Shown: piece by piece, positions 20,770 through 34,100 of the stretch
How positions within the stretch are numbered: position 1 is the first letter of the stretch
Layout: each line of letters starts with the position of its first letter
From: Schmidtea polychroa
Lineage: Eukaryota
Reading direction: 5' to 3'
Length of the DNA stretch: 64,000 nucleotides
Assembly (NCBI GenBank): GCA_044892525.1
Contig: CM097885.1
Coordinates: 29,638,001 to 29,702,000 of the forward strand
Made by a program: the position numbers and the translations under genes
The notes under the pieces: model-generated
The model's database searches: none
The model's input: only the letters and a program-made list of their open reading frames with translations
What the model was told of the DNA's origin: nothing

Positions 20770-21778
20770 ATAATATAATTTAATGATTTAATTTTTTTAA
20801 TTTTTTTATTTATTTTTAATTATATATAAGTTATTGATTAAACTGTTAATTATTTTTTTTACTATTAATTGGCATTTAGTTATCGTTGTTTTTCATCTTG
20901 GATGCTGGTGGAAAGTTATTTAGGGCTTTTTCCAATTTCATTTGGACGAGGTTCTGAATTGTTCTGAATTTCGAATTTTTCATTGTTTTAAAATTCTTTT
21001 TCATTGAATTAGTTAAACTAAAAAAATGTATTTATATAACTGTTAGAGTTATTATAAATCTGTTGGTACTTCAATATTTTTTGTTAAAATATATTTGAAA
21101 TTTTAATATATTTTTTATCTTTAAAATCATATTCTGATATAATTTTCTTTAAAGTTTGATATTTTAGATATATTTTTCATAAATATAATTGTAACATTCT
21201 AATTGTTTATTATCATCTTGATCTAAAATTTCAATATTATTATTATAATTAAATGTTTTTTTTAAATTTGGATTAAAATATTTTTAAATTCGATATTTGA
21301 CCTTCCATTTTCAAAAAAAATAATTAAATTTTAAAAATTGTTTTAACTTTTATTTCTAAATATTTTTATTGATATTTTTAAATTTAAATTTTTTTTGTAT
21401 ATTTTCAATTATTTTTAATAATAAATTAATTTTTATCATTTAAATTTTCTTATGATATTTATGACTTACATACACACTTACATTTTTAACTTTAAAAAAA
21501 TACAAATAATTCAACTATAATTAAATAAACCCATTCTGCCAAAAAAAATTTTTTTAATTCAATATTTGAACTTTCAATTTTAAATAATTATTGTTTACAT
21601 TTTAATTTCTAAAAATGTTTATCTTAGCCAAAAGATATTTTTATATTTTATTTGATTTTTGTATATTTTAAATTATTTTTAATAATAAATTAACTTTCTA
21701 ATAAAAGACCCATATACTCTAATTTTGAGATATTAATCTTAGGCAATAGATATTTTTATATTTTATTTGTTTTTTGTA
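20770..21778 (-). repeat. Inverted copy of the AT-rich unit 16268-17277
   Basis: Reverse-complement match checked at both ends and internally (TTTGGACGAGGTTCTGAATTGTTCTGAATT); a further copy lies at 41475-42483. Confidence 0.88.
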
Positions 21779-23591
21779 ATTGCAATCATTTTTCTGGATG
21801 GAAGTTATGAATTCCAAAAACCTATTGACCAGCATAATGCAATACACTGGTTCAACTTCTTTATCAAAAGAACGATAGTCGGAGTACCAAGATCCTTCAA
21901 TCTAAGGAAAAGTATACCATATCTTAATAAAAGCCAAACAGTTCCGCAGACCAATGTGGAAACAAATGGAGACATAACCAACCACTCTAACCTGAAAGGT
22001 CTACAATGCCGAGATATTAGTAGAAAAAGGAGAAAATGCTCAACTAATGAATCCGTAGAACATCAATCAAAGAGAAAAAATAATGAGGAAAATACTGAAC
22101 AACCAGTAAATCAGGAAGAAGAAACACATGTAACTCATCAAACCACAACAAGTCCCAATCAATCATTAAATGAACAAGCATGACGGGATGGGGAAAGGAC
22201 AACAAGTGCAGTCCTACCCCCACAAGAAAATACTATCATTTCAACACTCCAAAACCCTGACAACCGTCTAATAGGAGGAACAATGCAAATCAAACAAATT
22301 GAAGCTTCAATCGATCTAATAATTGACAATGAATGCAGAATAGTTTGTGCAAAAGAAGGTTGCAACAAAACCTATACTGATATCTTCCATGCTGAGCACC
22401 ATTCCAGAAATAAACATAATCTACCTTCTGGAACAAGAACAAAGGTCAAATGTGTACAATGTGAGAACCCAATCGAAGGAGATCAAGTAAATGACCATAT
22501 CAACAACCACAAAGACGAAAGAAAAGAAGACCTGATTAGACAAATGAATATCATCCTACCAAATAAAAGAGATACGCCTTACGGACCATATGATCTACTA
22601 TCACAAGCGGCGTTGGAAATATATATTAGGAATCTAATAATGTATGACAAAAGGGAAATAGCATACATTGGCCCCAGAGCATCAATATACCTTAACAACA
22701 ACAATAAACACGCTCTGCTCAAAGAAATACAACTGCACAACCTTGTCGGCTGGAAACTGGCAATCTGGCTCATCCACTGGAATGGTAACCACTGGGCAGT
22801 GTACCTAGCTAATAAAAACACTAGACAATCCATAATCCTGGATTCAGCTAACTCATTTACAATCAACCAAGAATTTTTAATGAAAAAGAATATGGATTCA
22901 ATTCTTAATACCGCATCAGAAGAGGATAAACCCTTCCTGAGATTGCAGATTGAGCATAAACCTACCCAATCTAACCAATATGACTGCGGCCCATATGTAC
23001 TACAATTCATAAAGGACTTTCTAAATAATCCTGAAAGAACTAGATACAACGAGCCAAACACGAAAGAAATTAGAGAAAAAATATGCGAATTAATAACGGA
23101 AGAATTAAAAAATAAAGATAATGGAATAAAACAAATCAATGATCCTGAAATCGCAGAGCTACTGAAAAAATTCTCACTACATCAATACACAATTGAACAG
23201 ATCCTAGAAAATTTCAGAAGAATATACGAAAGAGACAATCTAAAACCAAAAAGAAATTCTAAACTAAAGATTCCAATGGCTAAATGCTCTTATCAGATCC
23301 AACGATTATATGCCATCAATCCTGGAAGAGCTATTAATGAAATAAACAAAGCCACTGATTCTACTCCAGAACTACAAACAGAAGTAATGAACATCTACTT
23401 CACCAGACAAAATCCACAAACAAATCCAGAAAATATTCTAATATCGAAAAGAACCGCTGACTGGATAACCGACAAAAAGATCAAAAACAAGGAAATCACA
23501 ATAACAATCAAAAGAATGGAAGATAAAGCACCAGGAGCAGACAAAATTCCTATACGACAATGGAAAACCTGGAACAAAGATAGGGCATTAA
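21779..23591 (+). pseudogene. Non-LTR retrotransposon, upstream part (Zn fingers, Ulp1-like protease, pre-RT), interrupted by the palindromic element
   Basis: CAKEGC..HHSRNKH, CVQC..HINNH, IHWNGNHWAVY..ILDS..QSNQYDCG and KAPGADKIP; continues at 38118. Confidence 0.9.
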
Positions 23592-23714
23592 AGTAGTATG
23601 ATGTGAGCTCCCCAGATCAGGAGCTCCCCGCGCCACATATACCCCCTCCCCCCCCCCCCGGGAAAAAAAAAATTTTTTTTTTAATTTTTTGTTTTAATTA
23701 ATTGGCCTGGCGGG

Positions 23715-24782
23715 CTCACACTTTTTTTCATCCCAAAAATTAATGTTCCCACCAACGGATTTTATTGGACGATACCTCATCTTAAAGCTCAGTCCAAGAC
23801 CTTTCGATTGATCCATAGAAGGTATCATCATCATTAATATTGACAAAGTTATTAACAATTGATGACCACCATCTTTTCAACGTTAAATTATTATTATTAT
23901 TCAAAATATTATTAATTGGCCGGGCGGGGACATACTTTTTCTCATCCCAAAAATTAATGTTCCCATTATCCGAATTTATTAATAGATAGCTTATTTTGAA
24001 GCGTAGTCTAAGACCTTTCAATTGAGCCATAGAAGGTATCATCATCATTAACATCGGCAAAGTTATTAAAGTTTTACCGAGACCATTTTTCAAGGTCATT
24101 TATTTTTCAAAATATTATTTTCAAGGTCAAGGTCAAGGTCATTTATTTTTTCAAGGTCATTTATTTTTTCAAGGTCATTTATTTTTTTCAAGGTCATTTA
24201 TTTTTTCAAGGTCATTTATTTTTTCAAGGTCATTTATTTTTTCAAGGCCATATTTTAAAATTTAAATGTACAGAGTTCCCGACAACGATAATTATTCAAC
24301 GATAGCTGATTTTAAAGCCCAATGCAAGACCTTTCGATTGATTCATAGAAGGTATCATCATCATTATTATTGACAAAGTTATTAACAATTGATGACCACC
24401 ATCTTTTCAACGTTAAATTATTATTATTATTCAAAATATTATTAATTGGCCGGGTGGTGACATACTTTTTCTCATCCCAAAAATTAATGTTCCCACCAAC
24501 GGATTTTATTGGACGATACCTCATTTTAAAGCCCAATGCAAGACCTTTCGAATGAGCTAATGAAGGTATCATCATCATTATTATTGACAAAGTTATTAAC
24601 ATTTTACCAAAAATCATTTTCAAGGTCATATAATTATTAAGTGGTCTGGCGGGCCCCTACTCTTTTTCATCCCAAAAATTAATGTTCCCATTATCCGAAT
24701 TTATTGGACGATACCTCATCTTAAAGCTCAGTCCAAGACCTTTCGAATGAGTCATAGAAGGTATCATCATCATTAATATTAA
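23715..24782. repeat. Subterminal ~200-bp degenerate tandem repeats
   Basis: CATCCCAAAAATTAATGTTCCC..AAGACCTTTC..GAAGGTATCATCATCATTA recurs near 23728, 23943, 24473 and 24668, with a partial unit near 24320; mirrored at ~36900-37990. Confidence 0.88.
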
Positions 24783-25040
24783 CAAAGAGAATGACTCACC
24801 CAATGACTCACCCAACGATGTCTAATATTTTTAGAACGATGACTCATCAAGGTCATTCCCAAGGTCATATGACTCATCAAGGTCAAGGTCATTTTTTTTT
24901 AATTTAATTTTTTTGTTTTAATTAAGTAATCTTTTTATTTTCAAGGTCATTTAATTTTCAAGGTCATTTAATTTTTCAAGGTCATTTAATTTTCAAGGTC
25001 ATTTACTTTTCAAGGTCATTTACTTTTCAAGGTCATTTAT
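24090..25040. repeat. 17-19-bp TCAAGGTCATTTA-type repeat clusters
   Basis: Clusters at 24090-24250, 24847-24891 and 24941-25040; mirrored as TGACCTTGA at ~36645-37615. Confidence 0.9.
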
Positions 25041-25078
25041 TAAAATAATTATTATTTTCTAAGTTTTTAGTTTCTAAG

Positions 25079-25080
<2 letters not shown>

Positions 25081-25150
<70 letters not shown>
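25081..25150. repeat. (TTA)n microsatellite
   Basis: Perfect trinucleotide run; others at 25678-25717 and 26338-26418, with (AAT)n mirrors at ~35263-35340, ~35961-36010 and ~36538-36603. Confidence 0.97.
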
Positions 25151-25675
25151 CAATATATATACTCTTAATCTATCCGACAAGATATTCTGTCTCCCTAAGG
25201 GTATTGCTCACAAGGGCACTACTCACATGGGTAATTGTCACAAGGGTACTACTCACATTCAACATGTCGTAAATTATTTTCAAATACAAGTTCAAAGTAT
25301 TATTATTTATTTTAACACGCACGGGAGTTATTATTATTATTATCATATATAGTCAGAGTTTATCCGACAAGATATTCTGCCCCCCTATGTGTACTGCTTA
25401 CATAGGTAATGGTTACAAGGGTACTTCTCACATTCAACATGTCTCAAAGGGTATAATATAATTATTATTAAATTCCGACCAACTTAAATCAATGAAGGGG
25501 TAGAACAAAATATATTACGTTGCGGTATTTTAAAATTTAAATATATTTTAAAAACGTATTTTGATACTAAAGTTTACTTAATTAACAAAGACATAATTAT
25601 TGCACATGCTTTGCATAAATATTATTATTTTTTAAATTTTCAATATTTTCTTTTAAAGTATTAACACGCGCGGGA

Positions 25676-25717
<42 letters not shown>

Positions 25718-25719
25718 GT

Positions 25720-26336
25720 TAATGAAAACTCTAAAATATGGTTTACACACACACACATGCACAACTCATTAACCATTATTATTATTATCATTATTAGTGA
25801 AAACCTAAAATATTTTCTACACACACACACACACACACGACCCATTAACAATTATTTGTATCAATATTAGTGAAAACCTAAAATATCTTCTACACACATA
25901 TACAACCCATTAAACTTTATTATTATTATTATTATTGCAAATATTAGTCAAAAACATAAAAACACACACTCAACCAATTAACAATTATTATTATCAATAT
26001 TATTATTATTGCAAATACTAGTCAAAAACTTAAAATTTTATTTTTTTTTTACACACACACACAACCCATTAAACTTATTATTATTATTATTATTATTGCA
26101 AATATTAGTCAAAAACCTAAAATATTATTTACACTCACACAACCCATTAACAATTATTATTATCAATATTAGTGAAAACCTAAAATATTTTCTACACACA
26201 CACACACACAACCCATTAACCATTATTATTATTGCAAATATTAGTCAAAAACATAAAAACACTCATAAACCATTATTATTATCAATATTCGTGAAAACCT
26301 CAAATATTTTTTACACACATATACAACCCATTAAAC

Positions 26337-26340
<4 letters not shown>
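25720..26340. repeat. Degenerate ~70-bp minisatellite with CA and TTA tracts
   Basis: Repeated AATATTAGT(G/C)AAAA(A)CCTAAAATATT..ACACACACAACCCATTAA; mirrored at ~35340-35960. Confidence 0.85.
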
Positions 26341-26402
<62 letters not shown>

Positions 26403-28444
26403 ATTATTATTATTATTAGTGAAAAAACCTTAAATAATTTTTACATACTAAGTTATGGGGTAGAGTATTATTATGTTTGCAGTATTCTGTGTTTGCCTTT
26501 ACAGGAAGTTGTCAATAAGGAGCGATAATTTTACACACACATTCTATATACACATACCTTGTTTAACATGGGTGTATATACTCCTAGTCTATCCGACAAA
26601 ATATTCTGTCCCCCTATGGGTATTGCTCACAAAGGTACTACTCACACTCAACATATCGCAAGGGTATATTAATTATGGTTAGTAAATAAAACCTATCACA
26701 CATACTTTAATATTTAAACGAAAAAAAAAATCAAGACAAGAGAGGACAAGGCAAAGTTTATGCATTTAGTATTGCCAGGTCTAATGAGCAGTGACCAAAT
26801 ATCTGTGCCTGAAAGACACGGTGGATATTTGTTCGCGTCCACAAGGGTCGTCTGTGCCTCCCCCAAGTGGGGTCAGAAGAACCTGGGCATTATAGCTTTC
26901 CGTACGGAACATTACGCCTAGCATGGGTAGTCAACTACCAGCACATTCGAAACGTATAATTTCAAAATACATGCGTCATTGGCACTATAACCAAATTAAT
27001 TAATGTTTTCACTAACACAAATATATATTTACAGAGGCCTCCCACTAGTTGGATTACAACCGCCCACCACGACGATCAGCTTGTAAATATATATTAATTA
27101 AGGGATAAAGAGGACCCACCCAACCCTATTATATTTAATTTACAAATTTTTCTCGCTCTTCTGCTGGTATTCTATCTCAAAATTATCATCTCCATCGGGC
27201 CATTTGGAATACATCTTGCGAATTGGACATATTTCTTAGTTTCTGATGTGGTGTCAACTATCATTGCTAAAATTTATATTGATTTAAAAGCAATTAACTT
27301 ACATTATCTAACATTTTATCGTCACAGGCTTGATAAATTAGGCAACTGTTATTTGTGGTATACTTTTCAATGTCATTTCCCACCATAAAACACAGATACC
27401 TAAATATAATATATATATATTTTAAAGAATTAATTCATGTCTTACATTAATAATAATATTCTTCAGGTAGTACTTTACAATATCTAATTGCTAAAACATC
27501 GGTTTTTCCCATTTTTCTTGACATTCGTTGAAAGTTTACATAATTTAAGTAAACATTCATGTTGAAGGACACCCACAATCAGCTAATTCATTTAAGAAAT
27601 CCGGAACATAGCAATGTTTCACCATTTTGTCTGGTTCATTTTCTTCTATAATTCATGTTTTATTAAGAAATTTCTAAATCCAGAACATAAGTCATTTAGT
27701 GTTTCACCATTTTGTTCATCTTCTTCATAATCATATAATTCATTTTCTTCATTACTAAGTAAAATAATTAAAATATTGTAGTAAATTCTTTATTTACTTA
27801 CTTTATGGATACTAAAACGAAAGAAATAAAGTTATATCAAAAGTATATTTAAATAAATTAAATTTAAATAATTTAATTTAGTTATTTAAAAATATTTAAA
27901 CAATTTAGTTATTTAAGCATATTTAAACATTAACATTATTATATAGTATAATTTTATATAATATTATAATTTTATGTACACTTATATATCCTTCATTTAA
28001 TTTTTTAAATTCAAAATTTATAATGAAGATTCTTTGAATTAAAAAATATTCTGTTAGTATTTCCAAACAGTAAACAACGAATTCAATAATTAAAATCTTA
28101 ATTTTCATGTTGTTAGGGTTGTGGCCAGAATTTAATCGCCATCTAATCGTTTGTTCTCAATTTCGCTCATTTTTGTTCAAAACATTCAGGTGAGTTGTTA
28201 TCTGGAAAGTTTCTTTGAGCTCAGTTTTGTTAAAACACTCACGGTATTTTTGAGGGACGTGTCACTGTAAATAAATTAACAATGGGTGGTCATCCATACA
28301 TGTTGTTGGTTTGAACTATTGATTTATTTTAGAAATATGTATATTAAAAACATTTAAGGTATCATTCAGTAAAATAATATAGTATTTTTGAGTATTTTTA
28401 GTTGATTTATAAATAACAGTATTTTGATATATCAATAAAGACCA

Positions 28445-30340
28445 TATACTCCTAGTTTATCCGACAAAATATTCTGTCCCCCTATGGGTATTGCTAGCAA
28501 GGGTACTGGTCACACTCAACAAGTCGCAATATTAATCATTTAGAAATTCTTAGGTAAGATAATCAGAAATTTGTGAATATTTTAAATGTAACTTTACACT
28601 TATGTCGAGCGACTAATTTATTGGTTAACTTTTTAGACATTTAAAGCAAAAATTAATTTATTCATCTAATGTTCGTTACAATAGTTAATAATATGAGAAA
28701 AACATGGTCATTATTCATTGATAATTTTAAATTCTTTATCATTTAGAGTAAATTTGTTTGAGGCAAAAAATAATTAAAGGAGTCATAATAGAAATATGGT
28801 TATCATTTATCCAATTAAGGGGCTTATTAGTTAGAAATATAAAGTAACAATTATTTTCTAATTTAATTAGATGATCATTAGACGTAATATATCTTTGCGA
28901 GAAATTTAAGATGTTTGAGTAACCAAAACATGGACATTTTGTGCGATAAATTTATGAATATTGCTTAATTTTGTTATTTTTAGTCATTTAAAATAATATT
29001 TAGCAAAGGTAATTTAGCAAAATATCATTTATCCACCCGATAACAATATTCCTTCAATAGATTAACTGATATTCAACCTATTTAATTTCTGGAAATATAA
29101 TTAAAATCATAAATTTCCTTCATGAAAGTTTAATTTTCTTTAGTTGTCGATGTCTAACTCTTTTAAGTCAATATTTTTGTTACCGTTATCTTCATAATGA
29201 ATGTCCGTCTTTAAAATGTTAAATAAAATAATTTAAAGCAATAACCTTTGATATCAATCCCAATTAATTCTAAAGATTTCAAATATTGCATTGTCAAAAC
29301 CAAGTAAATTAGTCATTACCCATTAATAAAACCGTGGATAATTAATAAAAACTGGTTCTGAAACATAAATTACTGTGCAATAACATTCATCACAACCTCT
29401 AAAACGATATAATTTCACAGGAACTATTCATAGCTGACTATTTCCCTTGAAAATTTGATATTTTACCAATAAGAATATATAAATATTCAAAACATTAACC
29501 GATCCCTCACCAAATATCTTTACCCCTTAAAACACCTTAAATCGTATATATTACCATCTTAACCTTCACTAAATCCAACCGAATATAATTTCATCCACTT
29601 GTGCCCTTTAATAAATCTTAAAATCTATAGAAAATTCTTCAAAATATGAATTTTATTTAATTGTCACAGACATTCCTCCATTGAAATAATTTAGTAGCTA
29701 AATTCAAAGAGTCCACTAAAAGATCAAAATTCATTAAAATAAATATTTAACCACATGTGTCATCAAATACCTAACTAGAGATGATAATATCTCATTGATT
29801 GATCATAATTATAACCATTATAACATGATATATCTTTCAAACTAAATTTAGGTATATTTTACAATAATTTTCAAGTAGATTTTAAATATATCATCATCGT
29901 GAAAAAATTAGATTGTTTCAACTTTAGATTTTCAATATTTTAAAGTTCATCAATGTGTAAATATTCTTAGAAAAATATATGAAAAAATTATTTAGTCAAA
30001 TTATCATTACAAAGTCATCATCATCATCAAAATTAATAAAATATAGCAAATTATCAATAAATTAATTAAATTTATCTTAGAATTAACACTAAACCTTAAA
30101 TATTCTTTCAATTAACATGAAATTCACAAAAAAAAATGTTAGTAAAATCCCGCTAACTCTAAAAAATTACCAATGAATTTAATGCCAAATAATAACCAAA
30201 TATTTGCCTAAATAAAATCATTAAAACACACCAGTACCTTTACGACCAGTACCCTTACGACCAGTACCCTTACGACCAATACCCTTACAAGCAGTACCCA
30301 TAGAGGGAGAAAATATTTTGTCGGATAAACTCCGAGTATA
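28445..30340. mobile_element. Possible nested TIR element (MITE-like, TA-flanked) within the left arm
   Basis: TATACTCCTAGTTTATCCGACAAAATATT at 28445 and its inverted near-copy AATATTTTGTCGGATAAACTCCGAGTATA ending at 30340; subterminal 16-bp ACCAGTACCCTTACG-type repeats; mirror copy at 31341-33236. Confidence 0.5.
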
Positions 30341-30506
30341 TATATAATAAAACGAATTAACAATAACTCCATCAAATTGAATCAGTCAAATTATCACAAA
30401 TTTTAATAAAAAATCTTATTCTAAAGTGGTAAGCAGCGTAAAATCGAAAGATAATTTTAATAACACAGAGATAAAATTAACAATATTATTCTCAGGTGGT
30501 AAGAAT

Positions 30507-31174
30507 ATTTTATTTTTGAGTCTGTTATCCCTCTATTATCATTGCTTACTTGATGTTTTCATAAATTTAAGTAAAGTTAATGCTGGGTATGTGTTCTGAC
30601 ACACTTTGTTATTTTCTTAACTTTGAGAGATTATTTTGATTAAAAAGAGTAATGTATCTTGAATTATCTTTTAGAATAACTGTTTTTGAAATATTTAATG
30701 TAAAATAGTAAATCTCATAATTATTAATTCAATATTAAAGGAGTTAATCAAAATTTAAAATATAAAGTTATCATAATTGCTTAGTCAAATACCATTTGTT
30801 ATGTATGTTTGTCATTTTTGGATTAAATACTTTATCAAAATAATTGTTTATCACATTATTATTATTCGTTAGTCACTCATATATTAGAAATAATTTATAA
30901 ATACTCATCACTTATAGCCCCACCATTTTCCACTAATCCTCCCAACAACTATTTCTTTGAACATTGAATTAAATATTTTTTTTTATTAAAGTGATCATTT
31001 TTATAAATTTTTATGAATTTCATGAAATAATTTTAAATAAATGCAATTAATATATTTCCATCTTATCTATGACACTTCTCGGTATATTTACGTTTACGTT
31101 CCATTAATGAATAATTCAAACCCTTATTTTCACCTTTTTGAATTTCATTATTAATTAATCATAGAATAATGATG
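30507..31174. other. Unique 668-bp AT-rich spacer at the palindrome centre
   Basis: Arm complementarity stops at 30506/31175; no ORF of 60 aa or more in the track. Confidence 0.9.
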
Positions 31175-34100
31175 ATTCTTACCACCTGAGAATAATATTG
31201 TTAATTTTATCTCTGTGTTATTAAAATTATCTTTCGATTTTACGCTGCTTACCACTTTAGAATAAGATTTTTTATTAAAATTTGTGATAATTTGACTGAT
31301 TCAATTTGATGGAGTTATTGTTAATTCGTTTTATTATATATATACTCGGAGTTTATCCGACAAAATATTTTCTCCCTCTATGGGTACTGCTTGTAAGGGT
31401 ATTGGTCGTAAGGGTACTGGTCGTAAGGGTACTGGTCGTAAAGGTACTGGTGTGTTTTAATGATTTTATTTAGGCAAATATTTGGTTATTATTTGGCATT
31501 AAATTCATTGGTAATTTTTTAGAGTTAGCGGGATTTTACTAACATTTTTTTTTGTGAATTTCATGTTAATTGAAAGAATATTTAAGGTTTAGTGTTAATT
31601 CTAAGATAAATTTAATTAATTTATTGATAATTTGCTATATTTTATTAATTTTGATGATGATGATGACTTTGTAATGATAATTTGACTAAATAATTTTTTC
31701 ATATATTTTTCTAAGAATATTTACACATTGATGAACTTTAAAATATTGAAAATCTAAAGTTGAAACAATCTAATTTTTTCACGATGATGATATATTTAAA
31801 ATCTACTTGAAAATTATTGTAAAATATACCTAAATTTAGTTTGAAAGATATATCATGTTATAATGGTTATAATTATGATCAATCAATGAGATATTATCAT
31901 CTCTAGTTAGGTATTTGATGACACATGTGGTTAAATATTTATTTTAATGAATTTTGATCTTTTAGTGGACTCTTTGAATTTAGCTACTAAATTATTTCAA
32001 TGGAGGAATGTCTGTGACAATTAAATAAAATTCATATTTTGAAGAATTTTCTATAGATTTTAAGATTTATTAAAGGGCACAAGTGGATGAAATTATATTC
32101 GGTTGGATTTAGTGAAGGTTAAGATGGTAATATATACGATTTAAGGTGTTTTAAGGGGTAAAGATATTTGGTGAGGGATCGGTTAATGTTTTGAATATTT
32201 ATATATTCTTATTGGTAAAATATCAAATTTTCAAGGGAAATAGTCAGCTATGAATAGTTCCTGTGAAATTATATCGTTTTAGAGGTTGTGATGAATGTTA
32301 TTGCACAGTAATTTATGTTTCAGAACCAGTTTTTATTAATTATCCACGGTTTTATTAATGGGTAATGACTAATTTACTTGGTTTTGACAATGCAATATTT
32401 GAAATCTTTAGAATTAATTGGGATTGATATCAAAGGTTATTGCTTTAAATTATTTTATTTAACATTTTAAAGACGGACATTCATTATGAAGATAACGGTA
32501 ACAAAAATATTGACTTAAAAGAGTTAGACATCGACAACTAAAGAAAATTAAACTTTCATGAAGGAAATTTATGATTTTAATTATATTTCCAGAAATTAAA
32601 TAGGTTGAATATCAGTTAATCTATTGAAGGAATATTGTTATCGGGTGGATAAATGATATTTTGCTAAATTACCTTTGCTAAATATTATTTTAAATGACTA
32701 AAAATAACAAAATTAAGCAATATTCATAAATTTATCGCACAAAATGTCCATGTTTTGGTTACTCAAACATCTTAAATTTCTCGCAAAGATATATTACGTC
32801 TAATGATCATCTAATTAAATTAGAAAATAATTGTTACTTTATATTTCTAACTAATAAGCCCCTTAATTGGATAAATGATAACCATATTTCTATTATGACT
32901 CCTTTAATTATTTTTTGCCTCAAACAAATTTACTCTAAATGATAAAGAATTTAAAATTATCAATGAATAATGACCATGTTTTTCTCATATTATTAACTAT
33001 TGTAACGAACATTAGATGAATAAATTAATTTTTGCTTTAAATGTCTAAAAAGTTAACCAATAAATTAGTCGCTCGACATAAGTGTAAAGTTACATTTAAA
33101 ATATTCACAAATTTCTGATTATCTTACCTAAGAATTTCTAAATGATTAATATTGCGACTTGTTGAGTGTGACCAGTACCCTTGCTAGCAATACCCATAGG
33201 GGGACAGAATATTTTGTCGGATAAACTAGGAGTATATGGTCTTTATTGATATATCAAAATACTGTTATTTATAAATCAACTAAAAATACTCAAAAATACT
33301 ATATTATTTTACTGAATGATACCTTAAATGTTTTTAATATACATATTTCTAAAATAAATCAATAGTTCAAACCAACAACATGTATGGATGACCACCCATT
33401 GTTAATTTATTTACAGTGACACGTCCCTCAAAAATACCGTGAGTGTTTTAACAAAACTGAGCTCAAAGAAACTTTCCAGATAACAACTCACCTGAATGTT
33501 TTGAACAAAAATGAGCGAAATTGAGAACAAACGATTAGATGGCGATTAAATTCTGGCCACAACCCTAACAACATGAAAATTAAGATTTTAATTATTGAAT
33601 TCGTTGTTTACTGTTTGGAAATACTAACAGAATATTTTTTAATTCAAAGAATCTTCATTATAAATTTTGAATTTAAAAAATTAAATGAAGGATATATAAG
33701 TGTACATAAAATTATAATATTATATAAAATTATACTATATAATAATGTTAATGTTTAAATATGCTTAAATAACTAAATTGTTTAAATATTTTTAAATAAC
33801 TAAATTAAATTATTTAAATTTAATTTATTTAAATATACTTTTGATATAACTTTATTTCTTTCGTTTTAGTATCCATAAAGTAAGTAAATAAAGAATTTAC
33901 TACAATATTTTAATTATTTTACTTAGTAATGAAGAAAATGAATTATATGATTATGAAGAAGATGAACAAAATGGTGAAACACTAAATGACTTATGTTCTG
34001 GATTTAGAAATTTCTTAATAAAACATGAATTATAGAAGAAAATGAACCAGACAAAATGGTGAAACATTGCTATGTTCCGGATTTCTTAAATGAATTAGCT

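Larger units (their letters stand above)
23592..30506 (+). repeat. Left arm of giant inverted repeat (~6.9 kb)
   Basis: Mirror ORFs in the track (e.g. 27923-28108 minus equals 33573-33758 plus); inner end CTCAGGTGGTAAGAAT. Confidence 0.97.

Noticed and set aside
22579..23139. Antisense ORFs over retrotransposon and Polinton coding regions
   Set aside because: Shadow frames of A-rich sense coding sequence with no motifs.
24090..24250. CRISPR-like short repeat array
   Set aside because: No unique spacers and no cas genes; eukaryotic context.
23782..24629. Paired 105-aa ORFs and their mirrors at 37055-37923
   Set aside because: They are translations of the ~200-bp tandem repeat with no recognisable domain.
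25597..26419. Poly-Ile, poly-Tyr and poly-Leu ORFs and their mirrors
   Set aside because: Microsatellite translations.
26778..26820. Hammerhead ribozyme (CTAATGA...GAAA)
   Set aside because: The core deviates from CTGANGA and I could not build stems I and III with a cleavage triplet.
28432..28450. Similarity of CAATAAAGACCATATACTC to the AT-rich repeat motif GAGTATATGGGTCTTTTATTAG (reverse strand)
   Set aside because: Too short and AT-rich, with two indels, to support a relationship.
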